From: a virus
Lineage: Duplodnaviria; Caudoviricetes
IMG/VR virus record: IMGVR_UViG_3300042090_001530
Coordinates: 64,001 to 128,000 of that record
Strand: one strand, 5' to 3'
DNA: 64,000 nucleotides
Shown: one piece after another, positions 17,921-26,663 of the stretch
Position numbering within the stretch: position 1 is the stretch's first letter
Layout of the letters: every line of letters begins with the position of its first letter
Program-made: the position numbers and the translations under genes
Notes under the pieces: model-generated
Database searches by the model: none
Told to the model about the DNA's origin: nothing
What the model saw: the letters and a program-made list of their open reading frames with translations, nothing else

Positions 17921-18144
17921 ACGCGCGTCTCGCCCGCGCCCTGCGGGCCCTCTCACTGCTCGCCGTGTTCGCCGCCGCGTTCAACCTGGCGCTCGCCGAC
18001 GGCTGGCGCGCGCCGCTCGGCGCGACCGGCCTCGCAGTCGCGCTCGCCACAGTCGCCGACTGGGTGCAGCGGCCCGACCAGGCGCCCGAAGAGCCGGAAG
18101 ACCTCCCTGAACCGGAAGACGCGCAACCCGCGCGCCAGCCCTAA
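17917..18144 (+). CDS. Small two-TM membrane protein
   Basis: Two hydrophobic segments. Confidence 0.55.
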   Translation: MNARLARALRALSLLAVFAAAFNLALADGWRAPLGATGLAVALATVADWVQRPDQAPEEPEDLPEPEDAQPARQP

Positions 18145-18165
18145 CCAGAAACGGACACCCTCGCC

Positions 18166-18612
18166 ATGACCACGAACGACGTACTCCTCCCGACCGCCGA
18201 CCCGGCCAAGGCGCTCCTCGCCGAACTCACCGGGCCCGCCACAATCGAGCAGTTGCTCGGGCGGGCCGAGCGCAACGGCACCAAGCGGGCCCGGCTCGTC
18301 GCTGCAAGGATCCGGCACGACGCCGATCTCCTCGAGCAGCTGCTCGCGCAGCATGGCGAAGAGGCCGTGGCGCGCCGGAAGGTCGACCGGCTGCGCGCCC
18401 AGCTCAAGGCGGCCGAAGCCGAACTGCGCGCGAAGACCGACCCGGAGCGCAACATCGCCCGACTCGCCGGCCCCAACCAGCCGGCACCGGCCGCGACCAC
18501 CAAGGTCATGCGCGCCTGGCTGATCGAGCAGGGGCACGAAGTCTCGGACCGCCGGCGCCTGACCGCCGCACAGATCGGGCAGTACGAGGCCGCGCACCGG
18601 GGCGCCGAATGA
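18166..18612 (+). CDS. Coiled-coil protein with C-terminal Lsr2 DNA-binding domain
   Basis: MRAWLIEQGHEVSDRRRLTAAQIGQYEAAH resembles the Lsr2 C-terminal IR.WA...G..VSDRGRI. Confidence 0.8.
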   Translation: MTTNDVLLPTADPAKALLAELTGPATIEQLLGRAERNGTKRARLVAARIRHDADLLEQLLAQHGEEAVARRKVDRLRAQLKAAEAELRAKTDPERNIARLAGPNQPAPAATTKVMRAWLIEQGHEVSDRRRLTAAQIGQYEAAHRGAE

Positions 18613-19184
18613 CCACCACCTTCGATCCCGGCGACGGCCGCGACTACCTCGCCGAGATGAGCGCGCTCATCGATGGCGCGCTGCCCGACGGCGAATACAT
18701 CGCGCCCCTCGTCGCGCACGACCTGATCGAGAAGCTCAGGGCCAACGACGGCGAGCTCCTCGCCGGATGGCTCAACATGCGGGCCGAGGTCACTATGACC
18801 GCCTACATCTCGGATCGGATCAAGAACCGTCGCCAGTCGAGTCGGGAGTCTGCCGCCCGGTCCACGTTCGGCGAGGCTGCTGAGCGGTTCGCGGTGGGCG
18901 GCGACGGTGCCACGATGCGCGCCGCAGTACTGACGCGGCCGTTCGATGCCGAGTACGTCGTGAACTGTGAACTGCTGCGACGCAGGGTTGCGGAGATGAC
19001 TGGAGCCGACCACATCTTCGTCGCCAAGGAGTACGCCGAGACGAAGCAGACGGCGAGGCTCCTGGAGTCCTTCCATCGCGCGGTCGCCAAGAAAGTCGGC
19101 GACCAGAAGACGAAGGACGTTTTCACCGAGGGCCAGTACGTCGAGATGTACCGGTCGATCACCCGCCGCGAGTTGGCGGTCTAA
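18609..19184 (+). CDS. Helical hypothetical protein immediately upstream of the repeat array; candidate accessory subunit
   Basis: 191-aa coupled ORF; its stop is 7 bp before the array. Confidence 0.7.
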   Translation: MTTTFDPGDGRDYLAEMSALIDGALPDGEYIAPLVAHDLIEKLRANDGELLAGWLNMRAEVTMTAYISDRIKNRRQSSRESAARSTFGEAAERFAVGGDGATMRAAVLTRPFDAEYVVNCELLRRRVAEMTGADHIFVAKEYAETKQTARLLESFHRAVAKKVGDQKTKDVFTEGQYVEMYRSITRRELAV

Positions 19185-19191
19185 GCGCGCA

Positions 19192-19754
19192 TGACAACCC
19201 TCACCGAATCACTTCAGCGCGCCGACTACCCGAGCCATCTCCTTGCCAACGCTGTCCTTCCCTTGCCGACGACCCATTTCTACGCAGTGCAGCCCCACGC
19301 AGTGCCATCCGACCCCCGTCGACGAGTCGCCCCTGGCCGACATGTCTCCGCCCAGCGCTGCCCCTACCGACTGCCCAGCGCATCGCGTCCCGTGCCATTT
19401 CGGCTCGTCCTGCTCCTGCCCCGCGCGCACCGACTTCCCAGCCCCGCGCGCCTCGTCGCACTCCAGCCCGCATCGACCACCCGGCCCACCTCACCGTGTC
19501 GCGCCCTGCCCCCTTCCATTCCCTGCCGACAACCCAACTCCCATCGCGCATGCCGTCCCGCCGCCTACCGACTACTCAGCCCACCGAGGCTCACGTCACC
19601 CCTCTTCGACTACACAAGCCCGCACCGCACTCCCCGAACCCTCGCGACTACCCATCCCGGCCCCGAACGTGCCTTCGCACCCCCACCTGGCCCTCGCTGA
19701 CTACCCAGCCCCCGACAGGCCGACAACTCCACATCCCTCACCACGTGACGAACC
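19192..19754 (+). ncRNA. Periodic repeat array, putative guide-RNA locus: units GAC-NN-(CNC-NN)n
   Basis: YGAC heads at 19192, 19223, 19267, 19320, 19368, 19431, 19474, 19527, 19569, 19607, 19645, 19698, 19721, 19746. Most spacings are 5n+3. Each unit parses into conserved C-rich triplets alternating with variable dinucleotides. Transcribed strand not established. Confidence 0.8.
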
Positions 19755-19767
19755 GAAAGGCTCTGAC

Positions 19768-20442
19768 ATGACCTCCGTCTTCGCCAAGCACATCCCCCAG
19801 GCGTGGCCCCACCGCTACAGCGGCACGCTGCACATCGTCACCCTCGCGGGCGGCACTCCCAGCGACCCCAATGTCGCCGAAGGCTGGCTCCGCACGAAGC
19901 TCGCCGACAAGAACGACCTCATCCGCGACGCTGTCGCCGAGGTCATGGTTGAGCGCGGCATCACCGCAGAGGAAGCCGCGAAGGAACTCGACCGGCTCAA
20001 GCACTTGAACGGCTTCAAGAAGGACCCTGAGCGTGGCGGAGAGCTCTACATCGAAGGCCGGCAACTCAAAGCCGGAATTAAGGAGGCGGCGTCCGTCGCG
20101 CGCGCGGTTGGGAAGCTCCCGGACCGCTGGGGCCTGACGAAGAAGGGCATCGTCAACTTCGTTGCCGAGCACATCCAGGTCGTTGAAGACCGGCTGCACC
20201 TCGGAGTCACCGAACCCAGCGACGTGCTTCAGTCCTTCCCAAAGAACGCGCGCACCGGGCAAACCGGAATCCAATACACCGAGATCATCCTGGACGCGAA
20301 GCTCGACTTCACGATCATCAGCGACTACAAGTTCAGCGACGACGAGTGGGCGATGCTCTGGCTCACGGCTGAGCAGCAGGGCATCGGCGCGTCCCGCTCG
20401 CAGGGCTTCGGTCGATACGAGGTCGTCAGGTGGGATTCGTGA
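19768..20442 (+). CDS. Solitary Cas7/RAMP-superfamily protein (224 aa)
   Basis: RBS GAAAGG then ATG 19768; LYIEGRQLKAGIKEAA segment; C-terminal glycine-rich loop GIGASRSQGFGRYEV, the RAMP hallmark. Confidence 0.8.
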   Translation: MTSVFAKHIPQAWPHRYSGTLHIVTLAGGTPSDPNVAEGWLRTKLADKNDLIRDAVAEVMVERGITAEEAAKELDRLKHLNGFKKDPERGGELYIEGRQLKAGIKEAASVARAVGKLPDRWGLTKKGIVNFVAEHIQVVEDRLHLGVTEPSDVLQSFPKNARTGQTGIQYTEIILDAKLDFTIISDYKFSDDEWAMLWLTAEQQGIGASRSQGFGRYEVVRWDS

Positions 20443-20948
20443 CCACCCCGCAGGGCGCGGAGAGGCGCCCGGGGGGCCTAGGCGTCCCCGCCCGCGTCCG
20501 CCTCTCGCGCACCAAAGGCTTCCGGCTCCAGCAGTACGCGCCCGGCGCCATCGTCGTGCGTCGCCCCACGCGTTGGGGCAACCCGTTCACGGTTGCCGAC
20601 GCGCTCGCCGACGACCCGGCACTCACGGCGGCCCAGGCGCGGCAACGCTGCGCCGAGTTCTTCGACTTGTGGCTCGACGGGGAGATCGAACTCAGCGACC
20701 CGGCACTGGCCGAGCGCCGAGCCTGGATCCTCGAGCACATCCAGGAACTCGAAGGTCACCCGCTCGCCTGCACATGCCCCGAGGCCGTGCCAGGCGAGCC
20801 TGACTGGTGCCATGCCGTCAGCCTGATCCGCCGAAGCAACCCGCCGCAGCCGGTCGGCGAGTGCGGTGACGGCCTGTTCGCGGCCCCCGTCCGGCTGCGG
20901 CACGTCGTGCCCGTGAAGCTGCGGCGGGACGGGGCGGCGCGCCTATGA
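20439..20948 (+). CDS. DUF4326 protein
   Basis: RPTRWGNPF...L.G..LACTC....CHA. Confidence 0.85.
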   Translation: MTTPQGAERRPGGLGVPARVRLSRTKGFRLQQYAPGAIVVRRPTRWGNPFTVADALADDPALTAAQARQRCAEFFDLWLDGEIELSDPALAERRAWILEHIQELEGHPLACTCPEAVPGEPDWCHAVSLIRRSNPPQPVGECGDGLFAAPVRLRHVVPVKLRRDGAARL

Positions 20949-21145
20949 CCACCACGAAATGCCGCGACTGCCATCGCCCGATCACGGATCCGGCCTCAAG
21001 GGAACGCGGGCGGGGATCCCAGTGCTGGCAGGACCACCTCGCCACGCTCGGGACCGTGCCAGTCAAGACGCTCGGGCGCGGACGCCGCGATTGGGCCGCG
21101 GTCATGCCCGGCCAGGAGGAGCTTCAGCTCGAGGTGGCGCCGTGA
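20945..21145 (+). CDS. DUF6011-like zinc-binding protein
   Basis: CRDCHRPITDPASRERGRGSQC. Confidence 0.7.
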   Translation: MTTTKCRDCHRPITDPASRERGRGSQCWQDHLATLGTVPVKTLGRGRRDWAAVMPGQEELQLEVAP

Positions 21146-21375
21146 GCATCTGCGATCACTCGGGGCTAGATGAGACCTTTTGCGATCACTGCCGGAATGC
21201 GGGCAAGCCCCGCCAGTCCGTCATGACCGCGCGCATCCCCGGACGGATCGAGGCCCGCTATCGAGGGGTCTGCAGAGGATGCGGACTGCCGTTTACCCCG
21301 GGGACTTTGCTCACGCCCTCGGACACGGACGGCTGGATCGCGGAGTGCTGCGCGCCTGAGGATGGCGACTGCTGA
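21142..21375 (+). CDS. Small Cys-rich protein
   Basis: CDH..CDHC, CRGC, ECC. Confidence 0.55.
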   Translation: MSICDHSGLDETFCDHCRNAGKPRQSVMTARIPGRIEARYRGVCRGCGLPFTPGTLLTPSDTDGWIAECCAPEDGDC

Positions 21376-21572
21376 TGCCCCACGCCGCCCTCACCCTGCG
21401 CGACCGCTGCCCGAAATGCGGCGGCCTGCTCGCCGTGGCCCCGCGCGGATGCAGCGCCGACGACGACCACGTGCAGTGCGAATACAAGTGCCCCGATCCG
21501 GACTGCCAGCACGAGTGGATCGTCCGATGGGGACTCGGCGTACTCGACCACGGGCTGGACGGTGCCGCGTGA
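21375..21572 (+). CDS. Small zinc-ribbon protein
   Basis: CPKC...CP.PDC.HEW. Confidence 0.55.
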   Translation: MPHAALTLRDRCPKCGGLLAVAPRGCSADDDHVQCEYKCPDPDCQHEWIVRWGLGVLDHGLDGAA

Positions 21573-21640
21573 ACGGGATCACGACACGCGGAAGCCGCCC
21601 GCGCGGCGTGGGGGGCAGCGCGGGCGGCAGGGGAGCGCGG

Positions 21641-21832
21641 TCAGGCGTCGGGCGCAGTGGAGCGTTCGGCGAGCATTTGCTCGGCCCACTCGGCGGGCAC
21701 GAGCGCGATGACGCGCTTGCCGTTGCGAGTGACGAAGACCGGCTCATCCCTGTGGATCGTGCGACCCACATAGTCGGACAGCCGGGCCTTAAGTTCCCGG
21801 ATGCCCGGTTCCTGCGGGATGTCGTCTGCCAT
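21641..21832 (-). CDS. Phd/YefM-family antitoxin-like DNA-binding protein
   Basis: GIRELKARLSDYV...EPVFVTRNGKRVIALVP. Confidence 0.85.
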   Translation of the reverse strand: MADDIPQEPGIRELKARLSDYVGRTIHRDEPVFVTRNGKRVIALVPAEWAEQMLAERSTAPDA

Positions 21833-21886
21833 GGTCACAGGGTACGCAGTGACCTCGGAAGTGTCACGTCTGCGGTCAATCAAGGC

Positions 21887-21923
21887 TGTAGTCATGTGGA
21901 CTATTATAGTCACGGTGACTACA
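21887..21923. promoter_or_regulatory. Palindromic operators in a divergent promoter
   Basis: TAGTCAC-G-GTGACTA (21907-21921) plus a related TGTAGTCA..GGACTA element upstream. Confidence 0.6.
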
Positions 21924-21931
21924 CTGAGGCC

Positions 21932-22432
21932 ATGCCCGAAGCGAAGCATCGGACGATGCACCCCGTCATGCCCAACCTGCCGCTCAGCAGGTGGATTACG
22001 CCCGTGGTCGACGAGATGGGCGGATGGGCCGCCTTCGACGAGGCGCCCGTCGGAAATCACTTCCAGACGGCTGACGTGTCGGCCCTGTACCGGTTCTTCG
22101 GCGATGGCGAAGACCTGCTCTATGTAGGTGTCACTACGAACCCGACCAACCGGTGGCGAAGCCATGCGCACGCCGTTTGGTGGCCGCTGGCCCGGTTCGT
22201 CTCCATCGAGGCCGTGCCACCTGCACAGCGACTACTGATCGAGCACGAAGCGATCGCGAGCGAGCGGCCGCGCTTCAACCGGCTCGGCTTGACGCGCCAT
22301 GCCTCAACTGTCATCGCGCTGGCCGAAGGCCCGCAGCACGTCATCGCGCAGTTCCGGCGCCGACTAGTGCCCGAGGATTTCGCGGCCCTCGTTGCCGCTT
22401 TCCACTCCATCGATCTGAAGGACCCCACATGA
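21932..22432 (+). CDS. GIY-YIG nuclease-domain protein
   Basis: ALYRFF....LLYVGVT.NP.NRW..H...WW...E..AI..E.P.FN. Confidence 0.8.
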   Translation: MPEAKHRTMHPVMPNLPLSRWITPVVDEMGGWAAFDEAPVGNHFQTADVSALYRFFGDGEDLLYVGVTTNPTNRWRSHAHAVWWPLARFVSIEAVPPAQRLLIEHEAIASERPRFNRLGLTRHASTVIALAEGPQHVIAQFRRRLVPEDFAALVAAFHSIDLKDPT

Positions 22433-23019
22433 CCAACACGACCCCGCAGTACGTCCCCGACCCTGCGCTTGTCCGCGAGTGCGCCACCCGCATCATCGAG
22501 GGCCAGATCGAGGAGCTCCGCGACCTCGGCCAGATGGACATCGGCGAGATGTGCGCGGAAGAGATCGTCGCGATTCAGGAACCGCTCGGCGGATGGGACG
22601 CCCCCGGCGCCGACGAGGCGGCGGACGCCCTGATCAACGCGGTCCGCGCAGACATCAAGGCCGCCGTCATCACCCACGCGTGGCCCGGCTCGACCCCAGC
22701 CGCGACCGTGGAGGCGCCGATCGTCCGTCTGTTCACCGTCGCGGAACTCGAGGACTACTGCCTGCCGTGCGAGAACGTGATCTATGACGAGGAAATCGGC
22801 GAGCGCCGCAAGACCATCACACACCGCGCCGTGTTCCTCGCCGACGACGACTGCCACTACGCGGTTGAGTGGGACGAGCCGAAGAGCGAGGCCCAGGAGG
22901 GCATCAAGCCGTTCGACCGTCAGGGCGAGACGGTCGAGGCCGTCCGCGTCGAGGTGCGGCAGCGGGCCGTCGTCGTTGACGAATGGCTGCCCGTTGAGGC
23001 CGAGGGGGCGGACCGGTGA
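22429..23019 (+). CDS. Hypothetical protein
   Basis: Coupled ORF. Confidence 0.55.
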   Translation: MTNTTPQYVPDPALVRECATRIIEGQIEELRDLGQMDIGEMCAEEIVAIQEPLGGWDAPGADEAADALINAVRADIKAAVITHAWPGSTPAATVEAPIVRLFTVAELEDYCLPCENVIYDEEIGERRKTITHRAVFLADDDCHYAVEWDEPKSEAQEGIKPFDRQGETVEAVRVEVRQRAVVVDEWLPVEAEGADR

Positions 23020-23582
23020 GCGAGACGACCCGCATCCTTCACCCGACCGTCGCCCGACAGATCATCAGCGACCTCGTCAGCGAGCACGCCCTCGAGAAGA
23101 TCACCGAGCACCTATCCGAGTACTGTCACGACGCGCTCGCCGACGAGGACATCGACATGCTCGGTCCGGCCGCGTGGGACCAGGCGCTCGGCGAGATCCG
23201 CGAAGAGATCGCCACCATGGGCCTCGACTGCACGTGGGGCGACCAGAGTACCCGCGTGGACCCGACGATCGTCGCGGTCCGCAAGTCCCTGATCGACGAG
23301 TCCTACGCCTTGTTCGATCGGCGCAAGGCCTTCTATAAGACCATTGAGACCCCGGCCGTGGGGACCACCGAGTTCGACACGTACGAGGCGATGGCCACGG
23401 CCGGCGCGTACGCGTACCTGTTGGCCGCGATCCTGCGTGTGGCAAGCAGTCAGATGGGCGAGGGCGCCGCGCGCGACTTGGCGACGCTGGTGGACGCGGT
23501 CATGGAGGACGGGACCGAGGCGATCCAGGACGCGAACGACGACCTCGACGAGCGGGCGCACGCCACGGCGGTGGACCAGTGA
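23016..23582 (+). CDS. Hypothetical protein
   Basis: Coupled ORF. Confidence 0.55.
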   Translation: MSETTRILHPTVARQIISDLVSEHALEKITEHLSEYCHDALADEDIDMLGPAAWDQALGEIREEIATMGLDCTWGDQSTRVDPTIVAVRKSLIDESYALFDRRKAFYKTIETPAVGTTEFDTYEAMATAGAYAYLLAAILRVASSQMGEGAARDLATLVDAVMEDGTEAIQDANDDLDERAHATAVDQ

Positions 23583-26043
23583 ACACCACCCAGTCCGCGA
23601 GTTACGAGGACATCGCCGCCTACGAGGCGAAGCGTCAGGCGATCCGCGCCCACTACACACCGCTGCTGAAGTCGATGTCCACGAGCGACCCCGGATACGG
23701 GCGCCTGTGGGATGAGCGGGCCGAGAAGCTGCGGGCGCTCGCCGACGAGTACGTGCTGCCGGCCGGTGTCGAAGAGCAGCCGGCGGTGACCCGATGACCA
23801 CGGTCGAGCGCTACACCCCCGACGACCTCGCTTGGTACGCCGAGACCTACGGCGACACCGAGTGGATGGTCCACGTGACCGGCATGGACGACTGCCACCT
23901 GCGCGTCAATCCGGAGCTCGGCGACGACGATCCGGCGAACCCGCTGCTGACCGAGGAGTCGGCGGCGAAGCTCGCGGAGGACTTCAACGGCTTCGACGCG
24001 TACTACGCCCAGAAGTTCCCGGGCGAGGAGACGCCGGGGATCCACGCGACGGTCTTCCACCACGGCGTGCCGGTGGACGTCGCGACCGCCGAGGCGGTGT
24101 CCGGTGAGTGAGCCCCTGACCTCCGAGCGCCGCGAGGAGATCCGCGCCGCCCTCGAACCGCTGCCGCCCTACCCGTGGCGCTGGGGTTCCGCCTGGAAGC
24201 TGGAGGCCGGCGGCACGCGTCCGCGCCCGGTGCTCACGACCGGCATCACGTCCGACGCCCCCGAGTTCCTGTTCCTGGCCTTCGAGGAGTCCGGCGACGA
24301 CGAGGGCTGGTACCTGCGCTCCGCCGAGGAGATCGCCGAACTGGGCCGCACCAATCCCGTCGCCGACTGGATCGAGAACGGCGCCCAGTACGCCGAGGAG
24401 CTGCTGCTCGCGGTCGACCGGCTCACCCGCGAACTCAAGACCGCGCACGCCGTACGGATCCCCACCGACACCCTGCGACCGCTGATCGACCCCAACAGGC
24501 ACACCCGGGAGCGCGCCGCGGCCTACCTCGAGGCCAACGGGTTCAAGCCGACCGAGGCCGTCGACATCTGGGAGCGCAAGGACACCTGCGACCTGATGCT
24601 GCTGCCCGGCCCCGACATCGACTGGGCCGACTCGGTGCCCTATTTCGTGCGGAACATGGCCGACGCGCTCGGCACGGGTGAACTCGGCGTGCTCGCCGGG
24701 ATCGCGGCCAGCGGAATGGATGGTGCCCGGTGAGTACGACGCGCATCACGATCAGCGGCGACGGCGGCCAGATCACGGACATCGTCGCGATCGACGGCCC
24801 TGGCCCCACCTGGACGTACAGCGATGTCGACGGAGACGGCGCGGCCATGTACACCGCCGTGATTCCCGAGGTCGGCGCAGGCGTCTACCTGCGTACTGCG
24901 GCGCGCGGTTGTTCGATCGCCGCCGCTGATGTCGAGGACTTCATCGCCGCGATCCGCGCGACCGTCGCAGCCGCATCTGAGGCGGTGGCAGAGTGACCAC
25001 GCTGACGCCCTGCCCGCACCTGGACGTCCTTGCCGACGTGGACGATATCCGCGCGAACTGCGAGATCTTCCATGGCGTCCCGCTCGCCGCGACCGGCGAC
25101 GACGGCGAGGAAGGACTGATGGCCCTCGGCCACCACGAGCCGCGCCGGATCCTCGCGGCGCTGCTCGCCTACTGCCGTGATCGTGGCATGGACCTGTCCG
25201 ACATCGGCGTGTCGAACCCGGCCGCACCGCAAGCCCGGCTGCTCGTCGAGCGAGCGCAGCGGTGGACGGTGTTCTACCAGCACGCCGACGCCGAAACCGC
25301 CGACGAGGACTGGCGCGAGGACGGCTGGTGCTCGTGCGAGGACTACCTGTGGTGGCCGCTCGACGTGCGCCAGGGCGCCCCGAATGCTGTCGCGACGATG
25401 TTCTGGAGGTTCTGATGATCACAGGCCTGTTGAACGCGGAGACGCCCGCCGACTGGCTGGTCTTCTCGCACGAGCACTCCGCCTGGTGGAAGCCCGCACG
25501 CCGCGGCTACACGGACCGCACCTCGCAGGCAGGCCTGTACGCGGAGGCCGAGGCGCGGGAGATCTGCGAGAACGCCGCCTGGCGCTGGCATCGCGGCGCC
25601 GGTGGCCCGAAGGCCCTGCCGCCAGAGGTGATGGTGCGCGCGGATGCCGACGACAAGTACGCCGCGATCCTCGAAGCCACGCGGATTGCGATCGAAGGCC
25701 GGAGCACGGTCGCCACGACGCCCGAAGCGCCGATCCGGCTCGAGGTCACGCTGCGGAAGGCGGAGGGCCGATGAGCAACACCACCACCCGCGAAGGCGTC
25801 TGCGCCAAATGCAGCCAACACCGTCCCCTGTTCAAAATCGCTTTCGATCCGTCCCCGCGCAACGAGGAAGGCGCCGCGCTGGTGTGCGCCCGCTGCTACT
25901 CCGAAGGAGAGCAGCTGAAGGAGACGGTGCCGCAGGAGATGTGCTTCTGGCTGCCGCCGCGTCCCCACGGCTGGAGTCCGTGGATCCCGAAGCAGCTCGA
26001 CCACCACCGCGAGCGACCGACCGTCGAGGAAGGTGCCCGATGA
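23579..26043 (+). other. Run of eight translationally coupled small hypothetical genes (23579-23797, 23794-24111, 24104-24733, 24730-24996, 24993-25415, 25415-25774, 25771-26043 plus overlaps)
   Basis: GTGA/ATGA/TGATG overlaps; phage-like composition; no recognisable family. Confidence 0.55.
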
Positions 26044-26663
26044 CCCCCGATGCTTTCGCCGCGCTCGGCGCCCGCCTGCTGCTCGTCCAGCGCTTCCACT
26101 TCCCGATGCAGGCCGTGGTGGCGCTGTCGGACGAGGATGCGATCACCGTTGCTTCCGCCTGGTCGGCGGCGGTGAGCGCCGCCGACCAGGCGGCCGACTG
26201 CCTCGCTGGGGGTGCGCCCTGCCGCACGGAAGTCCACGACGGCGCCTACGCGCGCAACGCATCCGGCGACCGAGGCCACGCCGACAACCGCGACCGGCAG
26301 ATGGGGTTCCAGCAAACCGCCGGGCACACAAGCGATCTCGGGCGCTGGCCGACCAACGTGATACTCAGCCACGGCGAACAGTGTACGGACGCGTGCGCGC
26401 CGAGCTGCCCAGTCGCCGAACTGGATCGCCAGTCCGGCATGCTCGCCTCGGGCGCGAACCCGACCCGACGCGGTTCGGACAAATTCCAGGCAACCTACGG
26501 CGAGTTCGAGGGCGACCGCGAATGCACCCCGGCGCGCGGTGCCGACTCGGGTGGCGCGAGCAGGTTCTTTCCGACGTTCCGCTACGAAGCGAAGGCGTCG
26601 TCGTCCGAACGCCCCAGGCTCGCCGACGGCACACAGTGGCCCACGGTTAAGCCGATCGAGCTC

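Noticed and set aside
19192-19754. Canonical CRISPR array
   Set aside because: No identical 23-47-bp direct repeats or contiguous spacers; the conserved part is interleaved at 5-nt period; no cas1/cas2.
19191-19767. ORF 19191-19700 and the Pro/Ser/His-rich 5' extension of ORF 19243-20442 as proteins
   Set aside because: Low-complexity translations arise from the 5-nt periodic DNA; a clear RBS (GAAAGG) and ATG at 19768 mark the real gene start.
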